Shown: piece by piece, positions 12,466-22,601 of the stretch
Numbering within the stretch: position 1 is the stretch's first letter
How the letters are laid out: each line of letters begins with the position of its first letter
From: Gemmatimonadota bacterium
Lineage (GTDB): Bacteria > Gemmatimonadota > Gemmatimonadetes > Longimicrobiales > Gaopeijiaceae
DNA length: 64,000 nucleotides
Direction: 5' to 3'
Assembly (NCBI GenBank): GCA_034521595.1
Contig: JAXHMG010000003.1
Span: 2,880,001 to 2,944,000, forward strand
Program-made: the position numbers and the translations under genes
The notes under the pieces: model-generated
Seen by the model: only the letters and a program-made list of their open reading frames with translations
What the model was told of the DNA's origin: nothing
Database searches by the model: none

Positions 12466-13414
12466 ATGAAGACTCTACGCTGGATCGTGGCCATGGCCGG
12501 AGTGATCGCCGCGAGTGTGGCGATCGTGGCGCTCCCGACCGACAGCCCGCGCGGTCCGGCCACCGCCGGCCGTCAGGAGCTCGACGAAGGCGAAACGCAG
12601 TGGCACGACGCGGATTGGCACGTCCTGCGGAGCACCGTGCGGTGGGCCGAGGCGGCGCAGGTGGACACGCTGCCCTTCGGCGAGGCCGTGGTGGCGATCG
12701 GCAGGCGGTTCGTCGGGTACCCCCTACAGAGCCCGGGACGCTCGAGGTCGACGGCCGCGAACGCGTGGTCGTCAACTTCCGCGCGCTGGACTGCGTGACC
12801 TTCGTGGAGAACGCGCTCGCGCTCGACCCGCTTCGTGCGGGAAGGCGGAGCCGGCCCTGCTGGACGACCGACCCGCGGCCGAAGACCGCTATGCGGGGCT
12901 CCTCCGCGAGATGCGCTATCGCAGCGGTGTGCTCGACGGCTACCCGAGCCGGCTCCACTACTTCAGCGAGTGGATCGCCGACAACGCGCGCCGGGGCCTG
13001 TTGGTCGACCTCGGGGGCGAGCTGGGCGGCGTGATCGACCGGGAGCCGATCGATTTCATGTCCACACACCCCGACGCCTACCGGCAGCTCTCCCGGCCGG
13101 AGAACCTTCGAGCGCATCCGGGCGGTGGAGGCGCGCCTCGACGAGAAGACCGCGTGTACGTTCCCGAGGAAGCCATCCCCGACGTCGCGGACCGGATCCG
13201 GAACGGCGACGTGATCGCGGCGACCAGCACGGTTCCCGGGCTCGACATCGCCCACACGGGGCTGGCGCTCTGGATCGACGGCCGGCTCCACCTGCTGCCG
13301 CGCACGCCCTCGTCGGCGAGGCGGTCCAAGTCAGCGAAGCGCCGCTCGCCGAACGCATCCTCGGCATCGAAAGCCAGGAGCGGTCTCATGATCGCTCGAC
13401 CCCAGGGACGCTGA
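12466..13414 (+). CDS. DUF1460 N-acetylmuramoyl-L-alanine amidase-like (NlpC/P60 fold) exported protein; frameshifted
   Basis: Signal peptide; LDCVTFVENALAL, RYRSGVLDGYPSRLHYFSEWIADN, GLDIAHTGLA. Confidence 0.8.
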
Positions 13415-13415
13415 C

Positions 13416-14419
13416 ATGCTTCGAATGGCCCGTCTCGGACATCACCGGCCGAGCGCGGTGGCCGAGGCCGTCGACCTCGAGGGCGAGCACGGCGACCGCC
13501 GCGATGTACGTGGCCGGCGGCACGGACGTCGTGCCCAACCTGAAGCATCGCCTCTTCGAGCCCGAGCACCTGATCGCGTTGAAGGGCCTCGACGAGCTTC
13601 GGCATCCGAGCCGAAGGCGACGTGCTCCGGATCGGCGCGGCGAGACGCTCGCCGAGGTAGCCCGGAGCCCGAGGTCGCGGAACGCTTCCCGGCGCTCGCC
13701 AGCGCAGCCGGTCACGTCGCGGGACCGCAGCACCGCAACATGGGCACGATCGGCGGCAACCTCTGCCTCGACACCCGGTGCACCTCTACAACCAGAGCGA
13801 ATTCTCGGCGTGGCGCCCTCGGCTTCTGCCTGAAGAAGGACGGCGACGCGTGCCACGTGACGAAGGTCGGCAAGAAGTGCGTGGCCGCGCATTCGGCGGA
13901 CACCCCGCCGGTGCTCATGACGCTCGACGCCGTGGCCGTGCTGGAGGGCCCGGAAGGGCACCGCGAAGTGCCCGTGGCCGACTTCTTCGTCGCGGACGGC
14001 ATCTGGAACACCGTGCGCCGCCCGGACGAGATCGTCGCGGAGGTGCGGATTCCGCTGGAACGGTCGACACGAAAGCAGGCGTACGAAAGGCTTTCGCCAG
14101 CGGCAGGCGATCGACTTTCCGCTCCTCACCGTCGCGGTACTCGGCCGACCTGGAGGACGACGGGACGGTCCGGGCGATCGACGGAGTGGTGTCGGGACTC
14201 GGATCGCGCCCCCGTGTGCTCTCGGGCTGGGGTGACGCGGCGACCGGAGCGCGTCTCGACGACGCGCTCGTCGAGGAGCTGGCGGCCCGGGCCCACAAGC
14301 AATGTCATCCCCTGGAGAACATCATCGTCGATCCCGAGTGGCGGCGAGCGATGGTGCCGGTGTACGTGACGAGAGCGCTCGACCGGGATCCGGGCCGCGT
14401 GAACGGTGCGGCTTCGTGA
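13416..14419 (+). CDS. FAD-binding subunit, HcrB-like with extra [4Fe-4S] insertion; frameshifted
   Basis: AGGTDVVPNLK; RNMGTIGGNLCLDTRC...YNQSEF...GFCLKKDGDACHV...KKCVAAHSAD. Confidence 0.85.
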
Positions 14420-14471
14420 GCGCGCGATTCACGAGCGCGCTACGGGCAGGGGTCGGCCCCGAGGCCACGCC

Positions 14472-15320
14472 GTGATCCGGGGCATCGTGGCGGCCGGCGC
14501 CGCCCTGGCCGGGCTGGTCGCCCTGGACCGCGTCGCGGGGCGCCTCGGTGCGACCCAGGGTGCGTCCTCCGGACCGGACGATCGACGAGCTGGACGAAGG
14601 CGCGTACGAGGACTTCCGTATTCCGGCGGGCGATCACGAGCTCGCGGCCTGGGAGCTCCGCCCCGACGGGGAGCCGCGCCATCCGGTCTTTCTGATCGCG
14701 CACGGTTGGGGCGCGAGCTACGGAACCATCCTCCGTCTCGGCGAGCCGCTCGCCGAAGCGGGCTACGAGGTCGTGCTGTTCGACGTGCGCGGACACGGAC
14801 GCAACGAGCAGCTTCCCTACGTGACGGTGCGGGACTTTCGCGACGACGTGGCCGCCGCCCTCCGCCACATGCGCCAACGCTTCCCGGACCGGCCGATCGT
14901 GCTCGTCGGCCATTCCCTCGGGGGGGCCGGTGCCGTCCTGGCCATCGCCGACGGGGCGGTGGTGGACGGGCTCGTGCTCATCGCCACTCCGGCCGACGTG
15001 ATGCGGATCACCGCCGGTACCTCACCGACCACGGCCTGCCCGGCCGACTCATCGTGACCGCGTTCCTGCCGTTCTTCTGGCGCCGCGTGGGAAGCACGTT
15101 TCGGACGCTCACGCCGAGTCGCCGCATCGGTGAGTTGCGGGTTCCGCTGCTCATCTTGCAGCCGGAGCACGACACCCGGGTCGTGCGGGATCACGCGGAC
15201 CGCCTCGCCGCTGCGGCCGGCCGGCCCTACGTGCTGATCGAGGGAACGGAGCACACCGACGTCCTCGAACACCCGAAAACCGTCGAGCTCGTGCGCGCCT
15301 TCGCCAGCGACTTCGAGTAG
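14472..15320 (+). CDS. Alpha/beta hydrolase; frameshifted
   Basis: AHGWG oxyanion motif, FDVRGHGRN, nucleophile GHSLGG, catalytic D (EHDTRV) and H (TEHTD). Confidence 0.85.
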   Translation: MIRGIVAAGAALAGLVALDRVAGRLGATQGASSGPDDRRAGRRRVRGLPYSGGRSRARGLGAPPRRGAAPSGLSDRARLGRELRNHPPSRRAARRSGLRGRAVRRARTRTQRAASLRDGAGLSRRRGRRPPPHAPTLPGPADRARRPFPRGGRCRPGHRRRGGGGRARAHRHSGRRDADHRRYLTDHGLPGRLIVTAFLPFFWRRVGSTFRTLTPSRRIGELRVPLLILQPEHDTRVVRDHADRLAAAAGRPYVLIEGTEHTDVLEHPKTVELVRAFASDFE

Positions 15321-15414
15321 CCTGGAGGCTAGCAGCCCGCCAACGGCTCGGCCCTCTCGTGTGTCGGAAAAGTGTGTGCACCTACGACTCGATTCGACCG
15401 CTGCAACCCTCCCG

Positions 15415-18221
15415 ATGCACCTCATAGATCGTTCGCTTCCGCTCCGTCCGTCCGGGCTGCGGCCGGCGGGCGCCGGCCTTCTCCTGTGTGCCTCGTTCGT
15501 TCTCGGCTCGCCGCGGGCTGTCACGGCTCAGACGGAGTCCGACGACACCACCGCCCTGCAGAACCGTTGGCCGGACTCACGTGAACGGACGCTACGCGCG
15601 CATCGTCGCTCGGGGCCGATAACCCTCGATGGCAGGCTCGACGAAGCCGACTGGGAAGAGGCCCCCATCGCGACCGGCTTCGTGCAGGAAGAACCCTTCG
15701 ACGGGCGGGCCGCGATGGAGGAGACCGAAGTCCGGGTGCTCTACGACGACGAGGCCGTCTACGTCGGCGCGCTTCTCCGGGATTCGGATCCTTCCCGCAT
15801 CGCGAGTCAGCTCACCCGCCGCGACGAGACGGGCCGAGCCGCGGGATACCTGCGAGTTCTCGTTCGACCCCAACCGCGACCGGTCGACCGGATACACCTT
15901 CAGGATCACCGCCGCCGGACAACGGCGAGACGAATGCGTCTACGACGATACCCGATCGGACCGCGCATGGGACGCCATCTGGGATAGCGAGGTCGCCCAC
16001 ACCTCCGAAGGGCTGGGTCGCCGAGGTCCGCATTCCGGTCTCCCGGCTTCGGTACACACCGTCCGACGAGCCTCAGACCTGGGCGTCAGCTTCGCCCGCC
16101 GGCCGAATCGCCGAGCAACGAACGCTCCGCGTGGGCGTGGCGCCCCCAAGGCGTGCACGGCGACGTGAGCCGGTGGGGTCGCTTGGAAGGGATCGACCTC
16201 AGCGCCGGTGCGCGCCGGGTCGAAGTGCTTCCCTACACGATGGCCGGAGCCGAGCGCGTGTCCGGCGAGGCGAGCAACCCGTTCCACGAGCCGACGAGCA
16301 CCACCGCCCGGGTGGGAGGGGACGTGCGAGTCGGGCTCGGATCCACCTTCGTCCTCGACGCGGCGCTCAACCCCGATTTCGGACAGGTCGAGGTCGATCC
16401 GCAGGTCATCGACCTCTCGGCGTTCGAGACCTTCTTCCCGGAACGGCGGCCCTTCTTCACCCAGGACGATCGTCTGTTCGACTTCGGCCTCTCGGGACGG
16501 CGGAACAACCTCTTCTACTCCCGACGCATCGGGCGTAGCCCACAGGGTCCGGCCCCGGGAGGCGCCGACTTCGTGGAGGAGCCCAGCCAAACCACGATCC
16601 TCGGCGCGGCGAAGGTGACCGGGCGAACGAGCAGCGGCCTCACGCTCGGCGCTCTCTTCGCGTCGACCGACCGGGAACGAGGCCGGGCGTTCCTTGCCGA
16701 CGCGGACGAGGAAGACATCGTGCGCTACGAAGCCGAGCCGCGGACTCGAGTACGGGACCGTGCGCGCCCAGCAGGAGTTCCGCGACGCACAGAGTCGCGT
16801 CGGCGGCATCTTCACCATGGTGGATCGGGACCTCTCGGCCGAGGCGACGCGTCAGGTGCTCCCGAGCCGCGCCTACACCGGAGGCATCGACTTCGAGCAC
16901 ACCTGGTCGGACCGGGAATGGGCGCTCTGGGGATTTCTGGCCGGGAGCCGCGTGAAGGGAAGCCCCGAGGCGATGCTCCGGCTCCAACGTTCCTCGAACC
17001 ACTACTATCAGCGACCGGACCAGGACTACCTCGAGCTCGATTCGACGCGCACATCGCTCTCCGGCGCCGAGTGGCGGCTGGAGTTCGAGCGCAGGAGCGG
17101 GGAGCACTGGACCGGAGCGGTCTGGGCGGCGCAGCGCACACCGGGGTTCGAGATCAACGATCTCGGATTCAGTCGCTCGACCGAGCGGCTCGACGGGGGC
17201 GCGAGGATCGGATACCGGGAGCGGGAGCCCGGAAGTTGGTACCAGAGCTACGGGTTCAACTTCTTCACGTTCCACAACTGGCGGCACGAAGCGCTGGACG
17301 ACGTGCTTTCGGCTTCGCAATGGGGTGACGCGCACAAGAACGGGCAAGCCTCCCTGAACGGCGACGTCACCCTCCGCAATTGGTGGAGTCTCCGGGCCGA
17401 CATCCAGTATTCGCCGGAGGTGCTCAGTGACGTCATGACGCGCGGCGGACCGCTCATGATCGAGCCGGGCTCGTGGGCGTTCGACGTGGGCGTGAACACC
17501 GACCGCCGGGACGCGCTCAGCTATGGCACGTCGTTCGAGTGGGAGCGAGGCTCGCGGGGCGGCGGAAGCGTCTCGGCCGACTTCGACGTCGACTTCCGAC
17601 CGACCAGCGGCGTGTCGTTGAGCCTCGGACCGAACTACACCCGGTCGACGGATCCCGCCCAGTACGTCACGCAGGTCGACGACTGCCTCGTACGAGCCCA
17701 CGTACGGCACCCGCTATGTGTTCGGCGAGCTGGAGCGCGAGGAGTTGACCATCGATACGCGACTCGACGTCGTGCTCACCCCGACTCTCTCGATCCAGGT
17801 TTTCGCGCAGCCTCTGATCTCGGCCGGAGACTACATCTCGTACCATCAGCTCGCGCAATCGTCGAGCTTCGACCTGGCCCGGTTCCGGGAAGGCGAAGCC
17901 GTGACCGTCGGAGACGACGTCCTGTGCGCGAGCGGAACCATGTGCAAATCGGACGGGCGGACCTACCTCGACTACTCCGGCGACGGCGTGCCCGACACGT
18001 CGTTCGGGGAGCGTGACTTCACGATCCGTTCGCTCCGAGGCAGCGCCGTGCTTCGGTGGGAGTACCGCCCCGGCTCGCGCATCTACCTGGCCTGGCAGCA
18101 ACAGCGACAGGATCGCGGGCCGCTGGGCGACTTCCGACTCGGCCGCGACAGCCGCGCGCTCTTCTCGGGCGCGGGCGAGCACTTCTTCATGATCAAGATG
18201 GACTACTGGTTCGACTTCTAG
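15415..18221 (+). CDS. CBM9-like/DUF5916 outer-membrane protein; frameshifted
   Basis: ITLDGRLDEADW, TEVRVLYDDEAVYVG, LNPDFGQVEVD, FETFFPERRPFF, LFYSRRIG, VLRWEYRPGS; C-terminal DYWFDF. Confidence 0.85.
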
Positions 18222-18260
18222 GGGTCCGTGCTGGAAGGGTGTCGAGAACGCTTCCCTGAG

Positions 18261-18614
18261 TCAGGGGGCTTCCCCGGAATCCTGATCGGCCAGGTGCCGC
18301 ACGTACGCCTGGAGGCGGTGGCCCTCGGTGCGCTGGCGTCTCGCGCGTTGGTCAGCCAGATGGCGACCCAAGTGCCAGGAAGAACCGACGGCGAGGGCCG
18401 CCGCACCCACCGAGCCCCACAGGCCCAGCGGGGGTGTGAACGACGCGGTCACGGCGAGGAAGCCGAGAAACGTCCCCACCACCACCTCGAGGATCGATGG
18501 CAGATGTGTGCCCAGGCGGGCACGCTTCCCGGCTCGAAGCTTCACCGTGCCCGAGACGAGGAGGAGCAAGGCGAGCAGGAGCGGCAACCCGACGGAAAGC
18601 GCGGCAGTGGACAT
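18261..18614 (-). CDS. Small membrane protein, hypothetical
   Basis: Intact 117-aa ORF with three hydrophobic segments. Confidence 0.55.
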   Translation of the reverse strand: MSTAALSVGLPLLLALLLLVSGTVKLRAGKRARLGTHLPSILEVVVGTFLGFLAVTASFTPPLGLWGSVGAAALAVGSSWHLGRHLADQRARRQRTEGHRLQAYVRHLADQDSGEAP

Positions 18615-18746
18615 GCGAAAATGGTACGATGAGAGCTACGGAAAGGAAAAGGGGACCGCATGCGCCGCCCGGTGTACGCGATCCGGAAATACGATCCCGA
18701 AACAGGACCGGGCTGTGAGCACCCAGCCGAGCATCGAGGAATAGAG

Positions 18747-19159
18747 ATGGCGAAGAAGAAAAAGCAGAAGAAGGGGAAGAAGGGCGGAGGACAGCCGGGG
18801 GACAGCAGGTCAAGGGATTCCGCCCCGGGAAGGAGCCCGCCTATGTGAGAAAGCAGCGCGCCAAGCAACAGCTCGGCCAGGAAGCGCCCCGCGCGCAGGA
18901 ACGTGCGCTCGATCTCGTGGCGGACCGCAGCCCGGGCGAGGTTCGGAGCTTGATGAACCGATGGGTCACGGTGCTGCTCGTCGTCGGGGCCCTGCTGGGC
19001 GTCGGCGGGGCCCTGACTCTACGACTGGTCATTGGCGGCGGGGATCGTGACGCACATGCTGGCGGCGGCAGCGATCTTCCTGTGGCACCGCTTGCCGGCG
19101 CCAGCGTAACCCAGCTCGTGGAGCTCGCGGAGCAGTTCGGCAAGCCGTCGGGCGGGTAG
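18747..19159 (+). CDS. Hypothetical membrane protein with Lys-rich N-terminus; frameshifted
   Basis: RBS GAGGA then MAKKKKQKKGKK...; hydrophobic WVTVLLVVGALLGVGGAL in the next frame. Confidence 0.45.
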
Positions 19160-19192
19160 GGTGGAGCGGGCCCGGAAGGGGCGCCGGTCGAG

Positions 19193-21128
19193 TCAGAAGG
19201 ACTGTTCCGCCCCGGTGCGCCGCAACAGCACGGCCGACCAAGGAGGGAGTCGCAGCCCGACGCGCTCCCCGTCGGAGGTGACGCGCTCGGGGACGCCATC
19301 GCCCGGGCCCGCCCAGAGCTTCCGCCGGAGGAATCGAGGAGCACCTCCCACGCTCCGGACGGGGGAACCAGCGTCGGCTCCGACCGCTCCGCGGCGAAGT
19401 GGAAGTAGACGAACAGGTCGCCTTCGGGATCGCGGCGGTGTAGGACCAGCAATCCCTGCGCGCTCGCGGATCGGACGTCGAGCGTCTCGCGGCCGGGGTA
19501 GGTCAGGGCCCGCAGGCGTCTCCGGAGCGCGACGAGCCGACGATAGTAGGCGAAGAGGGCGCGGTGCCACCCTTCCGTCCGCTCACCGTGATCGAGCCGC
19601 GACTCGAAGAACGTCTCCGGGTCCTGCGGATCGGGCACGCCCTCCGGCCACTCGAATCCCCCGAACTCGCGTCGCCGCCCCCGGCGGACGGCTCCGATCA
19701 GATCCTCGTCGGAGTGATCGACGAAATAGAGGAACGGTGCGAGCTCACCGTACTCTTCGCCCATGAACAGGAGCGGCGGATAGGGCGAGAGGAGCGTGCA
19801 CGCGGCCGCCAGCTTGAGCTTCTCGAGGCCCACGAGCGCCGACAGCCGGTCGCCCTGAGCCCGGTTGCCCACCTGGTCGTGGTTCTGCGCGCACACCACC
19901 ATCCGATCCGTTCGGACGCCGACAGACGACCTCCCGTGCCGGCGCTCGCGGAAGCTCGAGCGCGTGCCGGAGAGGACGTACCCCTCCCGAAAGGCCTTCT
20001 CCAGGTGGCGCAGGGTCCCGAAGTCACGGTAGTAACCCTGCCGCTCCCCGGTGAGAAGGGCGTGGAGCGCGTGATGGAAGTCGTCGTTCCAGAGCGCGTC
20101 CAGACCGTGGCCCCCTTCTTCCGGATCACGCAGGATCCGTGGATCGTTGCGGTCGTCCTCGGCGATGAGATGGACCGAGCGGCCCTGTCGGTCGGCTTCG
20201 TGCCGCACCGCCCGAGCCAGCTCCTCCAGGAAAGGGAAGGCGCTCGGGTCGACGATCCCGTGGATCGCGTCCAGGCGCAGGGCGTCGATATGGAACTCCG
20301 TGATCCAGATAGAGCGCGTTCTCGATGAAGAAGCGACGCACCTCGTCCGAGCCAGGTCCGTCGAAGTTGATGGCGCGGCCCCACGGAGTCTCGTAGCGAT
20401 CGGTGAAATCAGGGCCCGAAGTCGTCCAGGTAGCAGCCTTCCGGCCCCATGTGGTTGTACACGACGTCCAGGACCACCGCCAGCCCCCGTGCGTGACAGG
20501 CGTCCACCAGCCGCTTCAGCCCGGAAGGCCCGCCGTAGGAGCTCTGCACGGCGTAGGGATAAGCACCGTCATAGCCCCAGTTCCGCGTCCCGGGAAACTG
20601 GGCCACGGGCATGAGCTCCACCGCCGTGATCCCGAGGTGCTCCAGACGGTCCAGGTGGCGGATCACCCCGTCGAACGTGCCCTCCTCGGTGAACGTCCCC
20701 ACGTGGAGCTCGTAGAAGACGTGATCGCGCAGGGGAAGGCCCACCCAATCGTGGTCCGTCCATGCGAAGCCCGGATCGACGAGCTGCGAGGGGCCGTGCA
20801 CTCCCTCGGGCTGGAACCGGGACGCCGGGTCGGGGCGCTCGGTCCCATCACTCAGCCGATACCGATACGACGACCCGGGAGCCACGTCGTCCAAAACGAC
20901 GGTCCAGTACCCATGGCGCTCGGGCTCCATGGGCGCGACCCGGTCGCCCGGCTCGAGGAGATGGACGGCCACCTCCTCGGCATCGGGCGCCCACACACGA
21001 AAGCGCCAGCGCCGCTCCTCCAGGTGGATCGGCCCCACCGAAGCCCGAGCGACCCCGCCGGATGCGTGCACGTCCGCGGGCCCGCTACCCTCGGGACGGA
21101 TCGGGACGGCGCTCCGTTCGTCGCACAT
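19193..21128 (-). CDS. treZ: Malto-oligosyltrehalose trehalohydrolase (GH13); frameshifted
   Basis: [77 protein letters not shown]. Confidence 0.92.
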
Positions 21129-21185
21129 CGGACATCCGTGTCACGGTTCGGCCCTCCGCGTCTGCTCGGCTATCGATGGAGTCGA

Positions 21186-21767
21186 TCAATCGCCGGACAT
21201 GCCACCCGACGACGGCGGCACGATTCCGTTCAACCGCAGATACGTCACGAGGTTCCCGTAGTGCTCCCACGTGTGCGTCGCATTGAACGTGAGCACCCAG
21301 AGCCGCGTGCCGGTCTGTCCGAAGAGCTCCACCTCTTCCATCGCGCGGGGCCCGCGCAGCTCGCCGTGGACGCGGTCGCAGTACGAAAAGGCTTCCTCCA
21401 GCGCCTGGGTGAGGCCGGCCTTGTCGGTCACCGCCTCGTAGTCCGTCGAGTTGGGAGATTGCTCGCCCACGGCCGCGGAACAGAACGAGTAGGACGCGTT
21501 CGCGATGTGTCCCAACAGCTCACCGAAGGACCGAACCTCTTCGGTCGGACGGTACGTCACGAGGTCCTCGGGCAGGCCCCGTGCCGTCTGCAGCACGTAG
21601 TCCCGGACGGCCTCGTATTGCTGACGAGCGGCGTCCATGGCCGGCGCTCCCCGTTGTCCACCGGGTCCACGACCCATCTGGGCTTCGACCACCGCGGGAG
21701 TGACGAGCAACACGGAAAGCACGGCGAGCAGCAGTCGGCGAGCATGAGCCCAGCGGGCGGGCGGCAT
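21186..21767 (-). CDS. DinB family protein with signal peptide
   Basis: YRPTEEVRSFGELLGHIA...HTWEHYGNLVTYLRLNGIVPPS. Confidence 0.85.
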   Translation of the reverse strand: MPPARWAHARRLLLAVLSVLLVTPAVVEAQMGRGPGGQRGAPAMDAARQQYEAVRDYVLQTARGLPEDLVTYRPTEEVRSFGELLGHIANASYSFCSAAVGEQSPNSTDYEAVTDKAGLTQALEEAFSYCDRVHGELRGPRAMEEVELFGQTGTRLWVLTFNATHTWEHYGNLVTYLRLNGIVPPSSGGMSGD

Positions 21768-21980
21768 CCATCATCGTGTTCTCCTGAGAGCGAGTCGCGG
21801 TCGGGACATATTCTCACGGCCTCGCGAAGGTCGCAATCGCGACGGTTCGAGCCTTCGGGTCCGCGACCCGGGGTGGCAGCGGATCGCTGCAAGACGCGCG
21901 GCGGGACCCTTCGCGAGGCATAAACCAAGGATGGTCGTGAAAACGAGAGTCTTGCAAGATCGGGCGCTACGCCGACATGG

Positions 21981-22598
21981 TTGACCATACCATTCTCCAC
22001 TCCTGGCCAGGCCCCGCCCATGCCCGAACGGGTCCCCCCACCCGCCGACCGCCCGTCGCCCGACGCTTCCCTCGAGGGCGGCGGATGCGACGTGTCGGAT
22101 CCGGATTTCTCGGCTCGGATCTACGACGAGCTTCGGGCCATCGCGGCACGACACATGGCTCGGGAACGGGCGGGCCATCCTCTTCGCCCCACCGAGCTCG
22201 TGCACGAGGCCTACCTGAAGCTCTCGTCCGATTCGAGCCCGCGATTCGCCAGCCGGAACGATTTTCTCAGGATCGCGAGCCACGCCATGAGGCAGGTACT
22301 CGTCGACGCCGCCCGCCGCCGCGACGCGGTCAAGCGGGGTGGGGACAGGACCGCGGTGACCATGGACGTGAACATGGCCCCGGATGACGATCGGAGCCTC
22401 GACCTGCTCGAGCTTCACGATGCGCTCAGGGTGCTGGGTCGCATGGACTCGCGCCTCGAGCGACTCGTCGAGCTGCGGTTCTTCACGGGGCTGACGCTCG
22501 AAGAGGTGGCCGAGACACTCGGTGTCTCCCGACGCAAGGCCTCGAAGGACTGGGCGGCGGCCCGCCTCTGGCTCCGGCGCGAGCTGGCCCCGGGCTGA
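21981..22598 (+). CDS. ECF sigma factor (TIGR02999-like, kinase-associated group); start may be ATG 22020
   Basis: IYDELRAIA, PTELVHEAYLKL, AMRQVLVDAARRR...KRGG, VELRFFTGLTLEEVAETLGVS, DWAAARLWLRREL. Confidence 0.9.
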   Translation: MTIPFSTPGQAPPMPERVPPPADRPSPDASLEGGGCDVSDPDFSARIYDELRAIAARHMARERAGHPLRPTELVHEAYLKLSSDSSPRFASRNDFLRIASHAMRQVLVDAARRRDAVKRGGDRTAVTMDVNMAPDDDRSLDLLELHDALRVLGRMDSRLERLVELRFFTGLTLEEVAETLGVSRRKASKDWAAARLWLRRELAPG

Positions 22599-22601
22599 AT
22601 C

